Assembly: GCA_951406725.2 (NCBI GenBank)
Contig: OX597817.1
Span: 92,752,001-92,816,000 of the forward strand
From: Octopus vulgaris
Taxonomy: Eukaryota
Length of the DNA stretch: 64,000 nucleotides
Direction of reading: 5' to 3'
Part shown: positions 26,311-37,645 of the stretch, one piece after another
Numbering within the stretch: the first letter of the stretch is position 1
Layout of the letters: every line of letters starts with the position of its first letter
Made by a program: the position numbers and the translations under genes
Notes under the pieces: model-generated
Database searches by the model: none
What the model was told of the DNA's origin: nothing
Seen by the model: the letters and a program-made list of their open reading frames with translations, nothing else

Positions 26311-28294
26311 AATGCTTTTATTACTACCCACAGGTGCGAACATAGAGGGGACAGTACAATCGGGAAAAAAAATTAAATAATGAGATATGAAGTATGTGTA
26401 AATGTGGTGCAATGCCCCACCCGATCCCCGAAATCAGGTGGTTACATTTCGTCATTTTTAATTACATTTTACAATATTTTCAAAAATAACTAAGTACATT
26501 TTACAGCATTTCGCAATACATTCGACCGCAATACATTTCATAAGAGAATTTCCAAAATACATTATCAATTGAATATTTTACAGAAAAATTATTTTCCACA
26601 AATTCATATATAAAGCTTTCATAATACATTTTCAAGATTTCAAAATTCATTTGAAATTAACAAATGTCTTTTCTAATTCTTTTTTTTTCCTATAATTTTA
26701 AATCAGTTCCATTACCTTTGACAGGTCGTTGTAATTTTCCATCTCTCGTGGGTATCTTAGCAGTCGGCACTTCGCATGTCTTATTACGTTCATACCGGCG
26801 GCCTCGATAAACGCATCGGCGCTGTCTTCCTGGACCAGTGCACCCGTTTCCCTCCACTCCGTGCCCATCCTGACCCATGAATATCCCTCCGTTTCACTTA
26901 TTAATTCCTCCATCTCCCCACAGTGTCTGTAATGAACCAATGTTCCATAAAATTTATACCTTCTATTTGAACCTATGTTTTCTTTAGTTTTCCTCTTCGG
27001 ACTTACTTCTTCTTTACCTTCCTCTCTCGGTTTTTCTCTTTCTCTCTTTTTGCTTTCCTTTTCTTTTTCCTTCTCTTGTCTTTTTGGCTCTTTCTCTGTC
27101 GTATGTTCTTTTCCTGTTTTTTCTTTTTCTTTTTGTGTAACATCCTTTCCTTTCTCTTGATTCTGTTCCTTTTCTTGTTTTTTCCTGTTTTTTCTCTTTC
27201 CTTTATTTTACTTTCTTTTTCTTTCTCTTGATTTTGTTTTGGTTCTTTCTCTATTTCTCTATTACTTCTCTACCCTGTGACTTTTGTTCTTTTTCTATTA
27301 ATTTCTTCCCTTTGCTTTCATTTTCCTTCCGTGTGTTGTTTTTTCCTTTTACCGTTGATTCTTTTTCCTTGCTTTCTTTCTCCTTTAGAATATTGTTCCC
27401 TTCTTCGGGTTCTTTTTCCTTCTCTTTTTTGTTTTCCTCTGCTCTTTCACACTCCGCCATAAATTCGTATAGCGGACATTCTTTTTTATGTGTCCTCTTA
27501 TTCCACACCCGTAGCAGTTAGGTTTCCTCCCCTCCACAATTACGCTGAGGGTTTTTCCATCTTCTACTTCTATTTGGAAGGGAACCCGTTCTATATCTTT
27601 GTTTGTGGCTATCAGCCAGATCTCTACCCCGTATCCCTTCCATTTCACTATGTTGGTCTCCTTTATCGACCCAGTTTCTATCTCTTCCTCTGCTGACCCT
27701 AGGATGGCTGTTATCAGCCATTCTGTCTTCAATTCTGGGGGTATATTTGGGATTTTGACCCTTATCCCTCTTCTCCCTTTGTAAGTAGGCCACATGATGA
27801 AGTTTTCGGCTCTGAGTACGGTGGAAGCTAGCAAGGCCGCAACTTCTTTTGTTGCGCACCTCACCTCCACCGTACCATATTTCTTGCCTCTGCACACAAA
27901 GGTCGCCTTCTTCATTACGTCGTCCAGACATTTTTCGATCTCTTCTATTGCTATTCTTGATAGCTTTCTTGTGATCTTGTCTTGTGTTCTATAAATTATT
28001 GTCTTGTCTTCTTTTTCCTCCTTTGCTTCAGCAGGGGGGACCAGCCTCACGCTGTCACCCTCCCTTTCAACGAATTTCCCAAAATCTTTTAGCTGTTCTT
28101 TTTTAAAGAACACTTCTCTTACTGTCAGCGACGTATCGCTTTTCATTGCGGCGACACCCGCGTACGTCTCCATGACTTGAGGGTCGGCGCACCTTCTACA
28201 AAAAGGTTCTAACGCGCAGCGGCAAACGCCTCGCGCGATTCAATTTTCAATTTCTATACACAAAAAATTACTAACTACTTAACGCAATCAATGA
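26311..28294 (-). mobile_element. ORF1-only non-autonomous Tx1 element E (second family)
   Basis: ORF1 28173-26698 (METYAGV..., CYGCGIRGHIKKEC). Same 3' terminal motif. No APE or RT. Confidence 0.85.
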
Positions 28295-28301
28295 AGACTG
28301 G

Positions 28302-30542
28302 AATGATTTTATTATTACCCACAAGGGCGAACATAAAGGGGACAATACAATCGGGGAACTTAAAATAAAAAAGCGAATAAGAAAATGAAAATATAAAAGT
28401 AATAATCACATATGAAAGAATATTTACAATGAGATGTAAATGTCCACTCGATCCCCGGAATCAAGAGGTTACATTTTCGTCAGTTTTATCACAAATATTT
28501 CACCAAATTTTTTCTTTTTTTTTTTCCTCTCACAATTTTACACATATTCTATGATTTTTTCTACTTCTCTGAAGTCCATCACTGAATCCTTAGGCAGCCG
28601 CTCTCTCGCTCGAACCTTCGTGTAAAATATTACATTTTCCCCGGCAGCTCTGAAGAACTCGGCGACTACTTTCTCGGGGATTAGGGCAGTATCCTGCCAC
28701 CGGTCGGTCATCCTGTTGACCCATACATGTCCCTCCGTTTTACTTGTTATGTCATTCATTACAGGGCCGAAATGGTAAGTTACTAACTTATAGTAATAGT
28801 ATTCTTGTTTCCGTCCTGCGTTTTCCTTCATCTTCCTTTTCGGGCTTACTTCTTCCTTGTTCTCCTCTCTTTGTTTCTCTCTTTCTCTCTTTTTGCCTTC
28901 TTTTCTTTCTCCTTGGCTCTTTGTCTGTTTCTTATCTTGCTTTGTGTTCCTTTCTTGTATTTTCTTTTTCCTTTTGTGTGCCGTCCTTTCTTTTCGTTTG
29001 ATTCTGATCCCTCTCTTGTTTTTTTCCTATTGTTTCTTTTTCCTTTTTTTTTTCCTGACTCTGTTTTGGTCCAATTTCTTTTATTTCTTTTTCCTTCATT
29101 GACTTCTAATTTCCTTTCTCTTGTTGTTTTGTTTCCTTTTCTATGCTTTCTTTCTCATTTACAGTATTCTTCTTTTGTGGCCATCAGCCACAATTCTACC
29201 CCATATCCTCTCCAATTTACCCCGTTGGACTCCTTAATTGATTCCATCTCCACTTCCTCTTCTGCTGCTCCTAGAATAGCTGTTGCCAGCCATTCTGTTT
29301 TCACTTCTGGGGGTATATTCGGGATTTTAACCTGGACCCCTCTTCTTCCCTTGTATGAAGGCCACATTGTGAATTTTTGGGCTCTTAGTACGGTGGTAGC
29401 CAGTGAGGCCGCAATTTCCTCCGTTGCACATCTCACCTCCACCGTACCAAATTTCTTGCCTCTACTCACGTAGGTTATTTTCCCCATTATGTCTCCCAGA
29501 CATTTCTCAATTTCGTCTATCTCCACTCTTGCCAGTTTCTTCGTATTTTGTCTTGGGTTTTATATGTCACCGTCTTGCTTTCTTTATCCTCTTTTGCTTT
29601 CGCGGAGGGGATTAGCTTCACGCTATCACCCTCCATTTTGAAAAGCTTTTCATATTCTTTGAGTTTCTCCTCCTCAAAGAACACCTCCCTTACAATTAGC
29701 GACGAATCGTTATTTTTCTCGGTGACCCCCGCGTAAGTCGCCATGATTAGTGGGTCAATTCACCTTCTTCGGAAGGTTTCCACACATGGAGGCAAACGCC
29801 TCGCGCGATATCAAATCAATTTACACAGAAAAATTCACCGTCTTGTCACAACTAACAACACACACTATTTCTTTATTACCCACTAGGGGCGACGAAGAGG
29901 GGACATTACAAGACATGGGGACATAGAACATTATAATTAAATTTATGAAGGATGATTTGTTACATGAAAGAATGATAATATGAAAGCGATGCTAAAGGCC
30001 CCATCCGTTAGCATCACTTACCTGTCCTTTGGTTTTCACCGTCACTTGAATGTTCTTTCCCAATACGAAGACCATCCATATCCATTCTTACTCCGAAATA
30101 CTCCTCCATATTTTCCACGAATTCATCGCTCATTCTTATATCTTTCACCTCCCAATTCTCCCTTTCACACCTCACCATAAATTCATCTATTCTCTTCTTT
30201 TCAATCACAGCATACCTAGTCTCACCAACTTCATACCATTTATACTTTTCCATTAGCCTTTTAACTTCTTTCTGTTCTGTCATAGTACAAATGTTCAGCC
30301 TGGGCTCGATTTCAATCTCTTGTCTGTCTGTATTATTTTTTTCTTTTGTTTTCTTGTTGGAAGGGAGCGGGTGGGTTCACTGTCTGCAGGGATAGGGTGG
30401 GTCTCAGAGGGTGTGGGTGGTGTTGGGGTGGATTGGTGTTCTGTTATTTTCTTTTCCTCGTATTCTTCTCTTCCTCTTATTCACAGCTTCTTTCCATTCC
30501 TGTGAATTCTCTTCTACTGAACTAACAACACACACTCAATGA
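28302..30542 (-). mobile_element. ORF1-only Tx1 element F (same family as D, Zn knuckle deleted, G nested in its 5' end)
   Basis: Near-identical to D. ORF1 29744-28538 with an internal deletion at ~29170. Confidence 0.85.
29867..30519 (-). mobile_element. 5'-truncated ORF1-only-type element G nested in F
   Basis: 17-bp TSD AACTAACAACACACACT at 29850-29866 and 30520-30536. The C-terminal ORF 30283-30014 is followed directly by the shared 3' motif. Confidence 0.75.
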
Positions 30543-30859
30543 AGACTGGCATTGGCAGCTCTTCTTTTTTCTCTACATTGTATACTTTATAGACAATAGT
30601 CTTTTCTTTTCTTTTATTTTTTATTATCCATCTGGACTATTCCGTTTCTGCACGCTAATTATATTTTTAATTTATTCCCATTCATTTGAAACCACTTATT
30701 CAAGTTCAAATCATTGATGCAATTTTATACCAATTGTTATTTTTAATTTTGTATGTTACGATTATATTATACTTTAGTTTGATTTTAATTATTACTTACA
30801 ACATATAATTCAATTGTTATTATTATTTTTATTGTTAAAGTGAAAGCATCTGACATAAA

Positions 30860-31110
30860 ATAGAGAAATATTTTTGTTTCACTTTTAACACGTAATGCTG
30901 GAATAGTGAAGATATGATATTGCTATGGGCTCGCTCTAGGCAAGAAGTTGGACATTTTTTTGCCCGTAAAACTACATGAACCCTAAGTAAGTCATGTGTA
31001 AAATTTGAATGAAATCGGTTGTGTAGTTCTCAAGTTTTAGGGAAACACACAGACAGACAGACAGACAGACACACACACACACACACATTCTTAGTTTTAT
31101 ATATATAAAG
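30860..31110 (-). mobile_element. Helitron-like non-autonomous 5' fragment
   Basis: Minus-strand ATCTTTATATATATAAAAC start, (GTCT)n/(GT)n microsatellite and ACCGATTTCATTCAAATTT motif. Confidence 0.45.
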
Positions 31111-31339
31111 ATATATACTATGGATTTCGTGATATCCAACCGGTTTTCTCTATTTCAATTAGCTTCACAAGGGACATTGTGAAGTAATCATTTCTTATGA
31201 AAAAGATGTTTCGCTATTTTGGATACTTGAAAAGTAAGAATGAGTCTAGATAGTGGACAAACGGAGGCAACAGGTGGCAAGGGGTACAACTAACTCTTCA
31301 GTATAATTGTTGAAATAGAAATGTGTAAGGATCAGATGG

Positions 31340-31630
31340 TCAAGTTTCTATATGAAGGTGTTGTCTGTACTTTTCTATGAAGAGATTTTCCTTGTTTAGG
31401 CTTCTTGTAAGGAGATTGAATCTTTGCATTGGTATAATGGGAAAATATGAAAATTCGGTGATTTCTTTCTTGCGTATATGTCAATATGTTCGCTCGAGGC
31501 TATCTGCCTGTATTGAATGAAACAAATCTGTTCTTTATGCAGACTCATTACATTGTTCTTCTTCAGTCTTTCCCTTGTCTGCATTATCCTGTAAATTAAA
31601 GGTAAGTCCATATTGCAATACCGTTGTCAC
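31340..31630 (-). pseudogene. Degraded Penelope-like GIY-YIG endonuclease fragment
   Basis: LHKEQI...YRQI..SEHID.....FHIFPLY peptide. Confidence 0.55.
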
Positions 31631-31645
31631 CATTATATTGTTCTT

Positions 31646-32324
31646 TTTCAGTCATTTGATTGTGGCCATGCTAGTGCACAGCCTTTAGTCGAGCAAATCG
31701 ACCCCAGGAGTTATTCTTTGTAAGTCTAGTACTTATTCTATCGGTCAAGTGGGGGTTGTTGTCTGTGGCTTTATTTTTTACAAACAGGGAATCTTCACTG
31801 GATTCAGGATGTTGGTCGGCGTGCGGTGCATCAATATTTTTCACATTAAGTGAAAATTGTTTCTCATTGTGAGAAGTACAGTTTGGGGACGTATCCTTCA
31901 ACCAAAAGTTGTTCACTTTTTAATAGTGTGTGTTTTTACAACAACATTTACTATTTATTGGAAAGCTGTATTTCAAGTGTTCACATGAAGTGAAATTTTT
32001 TTCTCATTGTGAGAACTATAGTTTGGTAACGTATCTTAACCACCAAAAGTTGTCTGCTGTTTGTAAATAGAGTATATTTTTAAAAGTACGTTTACCAATA
32101 ATTGGAAAGCTGTATTTCAAGTGGAGCAGTCCAGGTTCTAATCGGAGCATCATAGGGCTTGGAGTACCTGAATGCCCAGAAGCTTTTTTGCTGTGTTTTG
32201 TTGAACTGTTGTTTTCTTCTTCTATTGGGACTTTCTTATTGAACTGTTTGCTTTTTCTCTTCTTCCCTTTTATTTCCTTTTGATTTCTCTCTTTTCTTTG
32301 AGGGTAAAGAAATTTTGTTTCTTC
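31646..32324 (-). repeat. ~680-bp composite segment with an inverted copy at 57595-58258
   Basis: Near-identical sequence. The same 81-aa spurious ORF (MNNFWLKDTSP...) appears at 31671-31916(-) and 57988-58233(+). Ends in a SINE tail. Confidence 0.9.
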
Positions 32325-32379
32325 CCACTTATTGTAGGAAAAAATTGACGAGTGCTTCGGTCTCTTGTTTACCATCTAG

Positions 32380-33270
32380 TGGATAGAGGATACACTTTGT
32401 CGGGGTCTGTGTGGCACACGGAGCCAGGTTCCTCAATGTGAAAATTCTTTCTGCGGCTGATTGGGTTGGGTCAAAAGCTGTTTTGACCCAGTGGATCCAA
32501 TCAGCCATGAATCTTGTTATGCCATATTTTATATAAATGGCCGTGTGCAGGTACCCGGTGATTCTTGAGGGTCACCACCCTCCAGGTGCCATAGGTGCCT
32601 GGAGCCTGACCATATAAAGAAAACGTTGATTGAGACCTCTGTAGAAGAAGGAGCGAAGGCGGCCAAGGAAACGGAGGACTTCTCAAACAAGGGCCTCAAG
32701 AGGAAGGAGGTGAGCAACAATGGGTGTTCACCGAAGGATCCTACGGATGAGGGAGGGGACGCGAATCTCCCGGTCATGGAGGAGACACATCCTCCCTCAG
32801 TTGAGAGAAAAGCAAGACGAAGAGGAAGAGAAACGGGACGTGTAGCCGGCAGTCGGTGACATAGCACCGGAATGTCCTGGAAACTTGCCGGTATGGGTTG
32901 TGCCACCGGCAGGGGAAGTGACACCGTTGGGGGGAATTGTGCTGCCAATGATAGAATTGACTGCCTCGAACCCGGGGAGAAAGGAACTATCGGTTTTCTT
33001 CTACAAAGGCGGAGAGGTACAAGAGGTTGTGGAAAAGCACCATAAGGGAGTACCTTTAGCCTTCACACAGATTCCCGAATGGCCTCCGCAGATAGCTGTG
33101 GAGGTCATAAAGTTGCCCGTGACGTATAGACTGCAGGGACTCAATGAGGAATAACGCTTGTGGCCGGGCGACGCCGACTCGGATCCTGCCTTGGTCTTGA
33201 ATGAGGCGTGGGTGATGGCGGAGTAAACGGGCACAAGCGATGTTGGGGAGGAATAGTGACAAGAGGTTGA
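32380..33270 (-). pseudogene. Probable decayed L1/Tx1 ORF1 remnant (GC-rich island)
   Basis: Frameshifted peptides HLLPLEA..EVLRFLGR and GTYGTWRVVTLKN resemble L1 ORF1 RRM motifs. Confidence 0.4.
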
Positions 33271-33584
33271 AAAGCCTCAGTGTTATAATGTTTATTGTAC
33301 AATGTTTAATGTTTATTGCATGTTGTTGTGTTTAAGAAGCTTAACGCTCCAATTCTTAAATGGACTATTAGTCCCAAAATTGTAAAACTCTAGTAAGAGG
33401 TTCATTACCTTGTTTTCTCTTTTTCTGTGAAAAAAGAAGGGAATAATGTTTTAGAGAAGCAAAAATCGTTGGGCGTGATTTCTTTTCTCCCATTAAAATC
33501 ATCCTTTTCATCATTCATCTCATCAATGTCTTTGTCCAGCTTTAAAGCTACTCTGTATCGTGCTTATATGGCAAATCATTTTGA

Positions 33585-33750
33585 AAAGTAGCTTGCTTAC
33601 TAACCACATGGTTCCGGGTTCATTCTCACTGAGTGGCACCTTGGGCAAGTGTCTTCTACAAGCTCGGGTCGACCAAAGCCTTATGAGTGGATTTGGTAGA
33701 CGGAAACCGAAAGAAAATGGTCTTATATATGTATAATATATATATATACA

Positions 33751-33805
<55 letters not shown>

Positions 33806-34000
33806 ATATGTTTGTGTGTCTGTGTTGCTCGCCCTAACATCGTTTGACAACCAATGGTGATGTGTTTACATCTACGTAACTTAGCGGTTCGGCAAAAGAG
33901 ACCGATAGAATAAGTACTAGGCTTACAAATAATAAATCCTGGGGTCGATTTGCTCGACTAAAGGCGGTGCTCCAGCTTGGCCGCAGACAAATTAAAACTG
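33585..34000 (+). mobile_element. Octopus-type SINE with internal (TA/TG)n
   Basis: GGCACCTTGGGCAAGTGTCTTCT core and a GACCGATAGAATAAGTACTAGG...GGCGGTGCTCCAGC tail. Another copy lies at 45000-45478(-). Confidence 0.8.
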
Positions 34001-35591
34001 ATTTCCGGTTAGGCGGGACTTCTCCGAAGCACGAGTTCACCGACGGCTCTCACCCTCATGTGTTTCATTAAATGTAACTACATAAATCTTTCACCCACAC
34101 ACTCTGGTTCCCCGTTGATTTCTTTTGTGTAAAGCTTAACTAAAGCCATGAATGTAAGATCCAATGATTGATGTGTATAAAGAAAGTGAGCTTGAAGCAA
34201 TCTGTCGAAGAACTGAACGATTGAAAAATCAGAGAAAACAAAGAGAGAAGATAATTGATATCCTCACCAACTTGTATCAAAATGTGTATGCTGAATAACA
34301 TGCTAAGTTCTGTGTGGGACATGAAGGCATGGATGTGCATGATCGCCAACTTTTGTAGGCATGGCAAATGAAAAGAGAGACGAAGACACAAGACAATATA
34401 CAAAATGGTCTTCATCTTGCTCAATGTTTACAACAGGCTAATAATGTAACGTTTAACACCCTAACTGCATCATCAGATATTTACAATACATAGTTATTGT
34501 AAACAGTATATAGTGATTATGTAGAGATATCAGAAACAACCTATGTCGAATATATAGAAGTATATCAATATTATATTGATGATAAGATATACAAAAGACC
34601 ATCACTAATGTAAAGGAAGACAAATGATTAAAAGGAAGTAAATGATTAACAATTTCGGAGATACTGGTCTCCCACATGGACATCTAATGGATATTGAAGA
34701 AATGTTAGGTATATTGAATACATGTTAGGTACTGAGGAAATGTTAGAAAATGTTAGTTATGAACCTATGCTCTATATACAGTTGTTTGGATAGATAGTAA
34801 AAGAAAAAATCCAGATGAGTTGAATTATATTCAAGAGAGAATAGTTTTAGTTAATAATCTCAGTACATGAGAAAACTAATGATTGAAACCTGGTTCAGTG
34901 TGTTCATAGAAAAAAAATGTAATTATTGAGAAAGGAAAGAATTCTAAACTAGCAGCATATATATTGGAATAATTTCTGAATCTGTTTCTGTGCAGTCACG
35001 CAGTCTAAACAAAAAAAGAAACGATTACCTACAAACTGACAGGGGATAGTGTAGAGCTTGAAACCTGAGAATATGGTACAAATCATGATGGCAATACAAA
35101 AAATATATCCTAGAATTCTATTTCAGAAGATGGTTTTAGGCACAATTATTGTTGATATAAAAGTGTTCAGTTAAAAATCTGTTCAACAAAAACAACATTC
35201 CTTAAAAATGAAACTGTTGTCTTTGATTTACTTGTGAAAAGACATTTGTACCTAAACTAAATTATTCTTTTCGAGTTGGGCGTGAGTTTTTAATGTCCGC
35301 AGTGTTTGAAAAAATATTCTCAGGAGTTGTATGAAAACTGTATACTTCAATAATTAACTTATAACCGCTTAACTGTCTGTGAACACATTAAGTAACACGT
35401 GAGTTTAACATCATTTAATATTGAATGCATTTGTAAAACATAACAAGGGAAAAGATCCACCCATTTTTAAATAGATTACCTTGGGTGGTGGGTAGATATG
35501 TTATTTTTATATATTGAATTTATGTGCATATTCAGCTAAATCATTTGTTGTTTTTCTTTTCTTCATGCAATTGATCACGTTTATTAAGCAT

Positions 35592-35600
35592 TATATAAAG
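35592..35600 (+). promoter_or_regulatory. TATA box of the VWC/pacifastin-like gene
   Basis: TATATAAAG ~95 bp upstream of the signal-peptide ATG. Confidence 0.5.
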
Positions 35601-35687
35601 AGTTTTTCTGAGACGTTTGTCAAACTTGTCCTTGTTTCGGAAAACAACTGTCACCAAACACCCGCAGGCTGAAAGAAACTGGCCGTC

Positions 35688-35745
35688 ATGCTGTACCAAT
35701 TGTTACTAGTAATAATAGCTCTTTCGTGTGTGAACAGCTACAAAT
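35688..35745 (+). CDS. Exon 1 (signal peptide MLYQLLLVIIALSCVNSYK) of secreted multi-VWC/pacifastin-like protein
   Basis: Kozak-like GTCATG, hydrophobic leader, and a phase-1 donor T|GTAAGT matching the phase-1 acceptor at 42684. Confidence 0.75.
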
Positions 35746-35858
35746 GTAAGTAAATTATACTGCTCTACATTTTTCATTTCTGGTACTTTCTAGTTAGTTA
35801 TTTTGTTAAATTTATCAACGGTTGGGTTAATGCAATTTACTTAAAATCACCAACACGA

Positions 35859-35949
<91 letters not shown>

Positions 35950-36290
35950 TGGAACTCCGTCGGTTACGACGTCGAGGGTTCCAGTTGATCCTAGTAACAT
36001 AACAGCCTCCTCGTGAAATTAACATGCAAGTGGGTGAGCACTTCACACAGACGTGTGGCCTCAACGTAGTTCTCGGGAAGATTCAGCGTGACACAGAGTG
36101 TGATAAAGCTGGCCCTTTGAAATACAGGTAAAACAGAAACAAGAAGGAAGTGTGTGAGAAAGTTGTGGTGAAAGAGTACGGAACGTCGTGGAGCTTTAGC
36201 TGTTTTCGCTCAACAAACACGCACAACGCCTGGAATCGAAATCGCGATTCTACGACCACGAGTCCGCTGTCGTATCCACAGGGCCATTGC
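35950..36290 (-). mobile_element. tRNA-derived SINE related to 13558-13883
   Basis: Shares the 3' tail (CCCTCGACGTCGTAACCGACGGAG) and has a degenerate A/B-box head. Confidence 0.75.
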
Positions 36291-36303
36291 ACATCTACGC
36301 ACA

Positions 36304-36346
<43 letters not shown>

Positions 36347-36950
36347 ACATATATATACAAAGGGGTTTGTATGATTGTGTATAGAAGAATAGATTACTCA
36401 AAGGAATTCCAACTCTGTCTATGTTTTATTTATATTCTTTTAATATTAATATAGGATATAGAATATATAGTAAGAAAGAAATGAAATGAAGTATTAATTG
36501 TCTGATTGAGCAAATGAAATATTGAAAGGTAAATATTAATAGAGAATAGTCATTTAATATTTAAAATATAGCACTGGCAAACTGGAGGTAGAGTAATATG
36601 ATTTAGTATTATTAAAGCTGCAAAAACAGCAGAAAAACCTGCTATTGAGAGTTTCACGTTCTCGCTCGTCTGACGGTTTAGACTGAGAATCTAATATTCT
36701 CAAATTCTCAAAGTAAACTAAGCGACGAACGTGTACATGAAACATTTGAGTAGCAGATAGTTTCTGATATTTTTCTGACGTTTTGCTGTTTAATAATAAT
36801 AATAATAATAATAATAATATTAATAATAATGATAATAATAATAATAGTAATATATGTGTGTATGTGTCCTTGTGTGTTACGTTTATCAGGATGGTGTGTA
36901 CGTGTGTGTGTGTATGCGTGTACATACTGTGCGTATTTATACTGGGTATG

Positions 36951-36988
<38 letters not shown>

Positions 36989-37294
36989 GGTGTGGTTCAT
37001 GTATTTTTCGGGTGTGTGTGCATGTGTGTGTCTATGTACATGTGTTATTTTTCTGTGCGGTGTGTGCGTCTATGTGCTGGTATATTTGTTTATGTGTGTA
37101 CCTGTGAGTTTTTGTTGTGATTGTTGGAATTGTATTGCGTGTGTATATGTGTGTGCTTCTTCTTTGTGTGTCTGTGTGTTTTACTGGGGAATGGGCATAT
37201 TGTGATCATTCCTCTAAAGTCCTTATAAATAATTATCATTTCTAATGAACTTTTGACAAAGCAATACACGCTTTCTCCTATCAAATAAAATAAA

Positions 37295-37520
37295 TGCGCC
37301 CATTTTAGGCCTAGCACGGCTCATGGACCCGGTTTCCCGGTTTCTATGGCGTATGTGTTACCCAGCTGGACGGGACGCCAGTCGATCACAGTGTTCTCCA
37401 TTTTTGCCAGCTCTGTTGACTGGACGCAACGTGAAATGAAGTGTTTTGCTCAAGAACACAACGCGTCGCCCGGTCCAGCAATCGAAACAACAATCTTACG
37501 ATCATGATGCTGTCACCCTA
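37295..37520 (-). mobile_element. tRNA-derived SINE
   Basis: Head CGCGTGGCTTAGTGGTAGGG...GTTTCGATT and core TGTGTTCTTGAGCAAAACAC. Confidence 0.8.
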
Positions 37521-37645
37521 CCACTAAGCCACGCGTTTCCAACTACTATCAAATACTGTCTACAAAATATTTCTGTATATATGCTACGATTTCTTTGAAC
37601 TTATAAAAAGTTATGATTTCTTATGAAATATAAACAACTATCTTA

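Noticed and set aside
23345-29473. Plus-strand F/L/S-rich ORFs that look like membrane proteins
   Set aside because: They are antisense to the K/E-rich ORF1 linkers.
19428-30549. Regularly recurring junction repeat as a CRISPR-like array
   Set aside because: The spacers are kilobase retroelements in eukaryotic DNA, and the repeats are target duplications and shared 3' ends.
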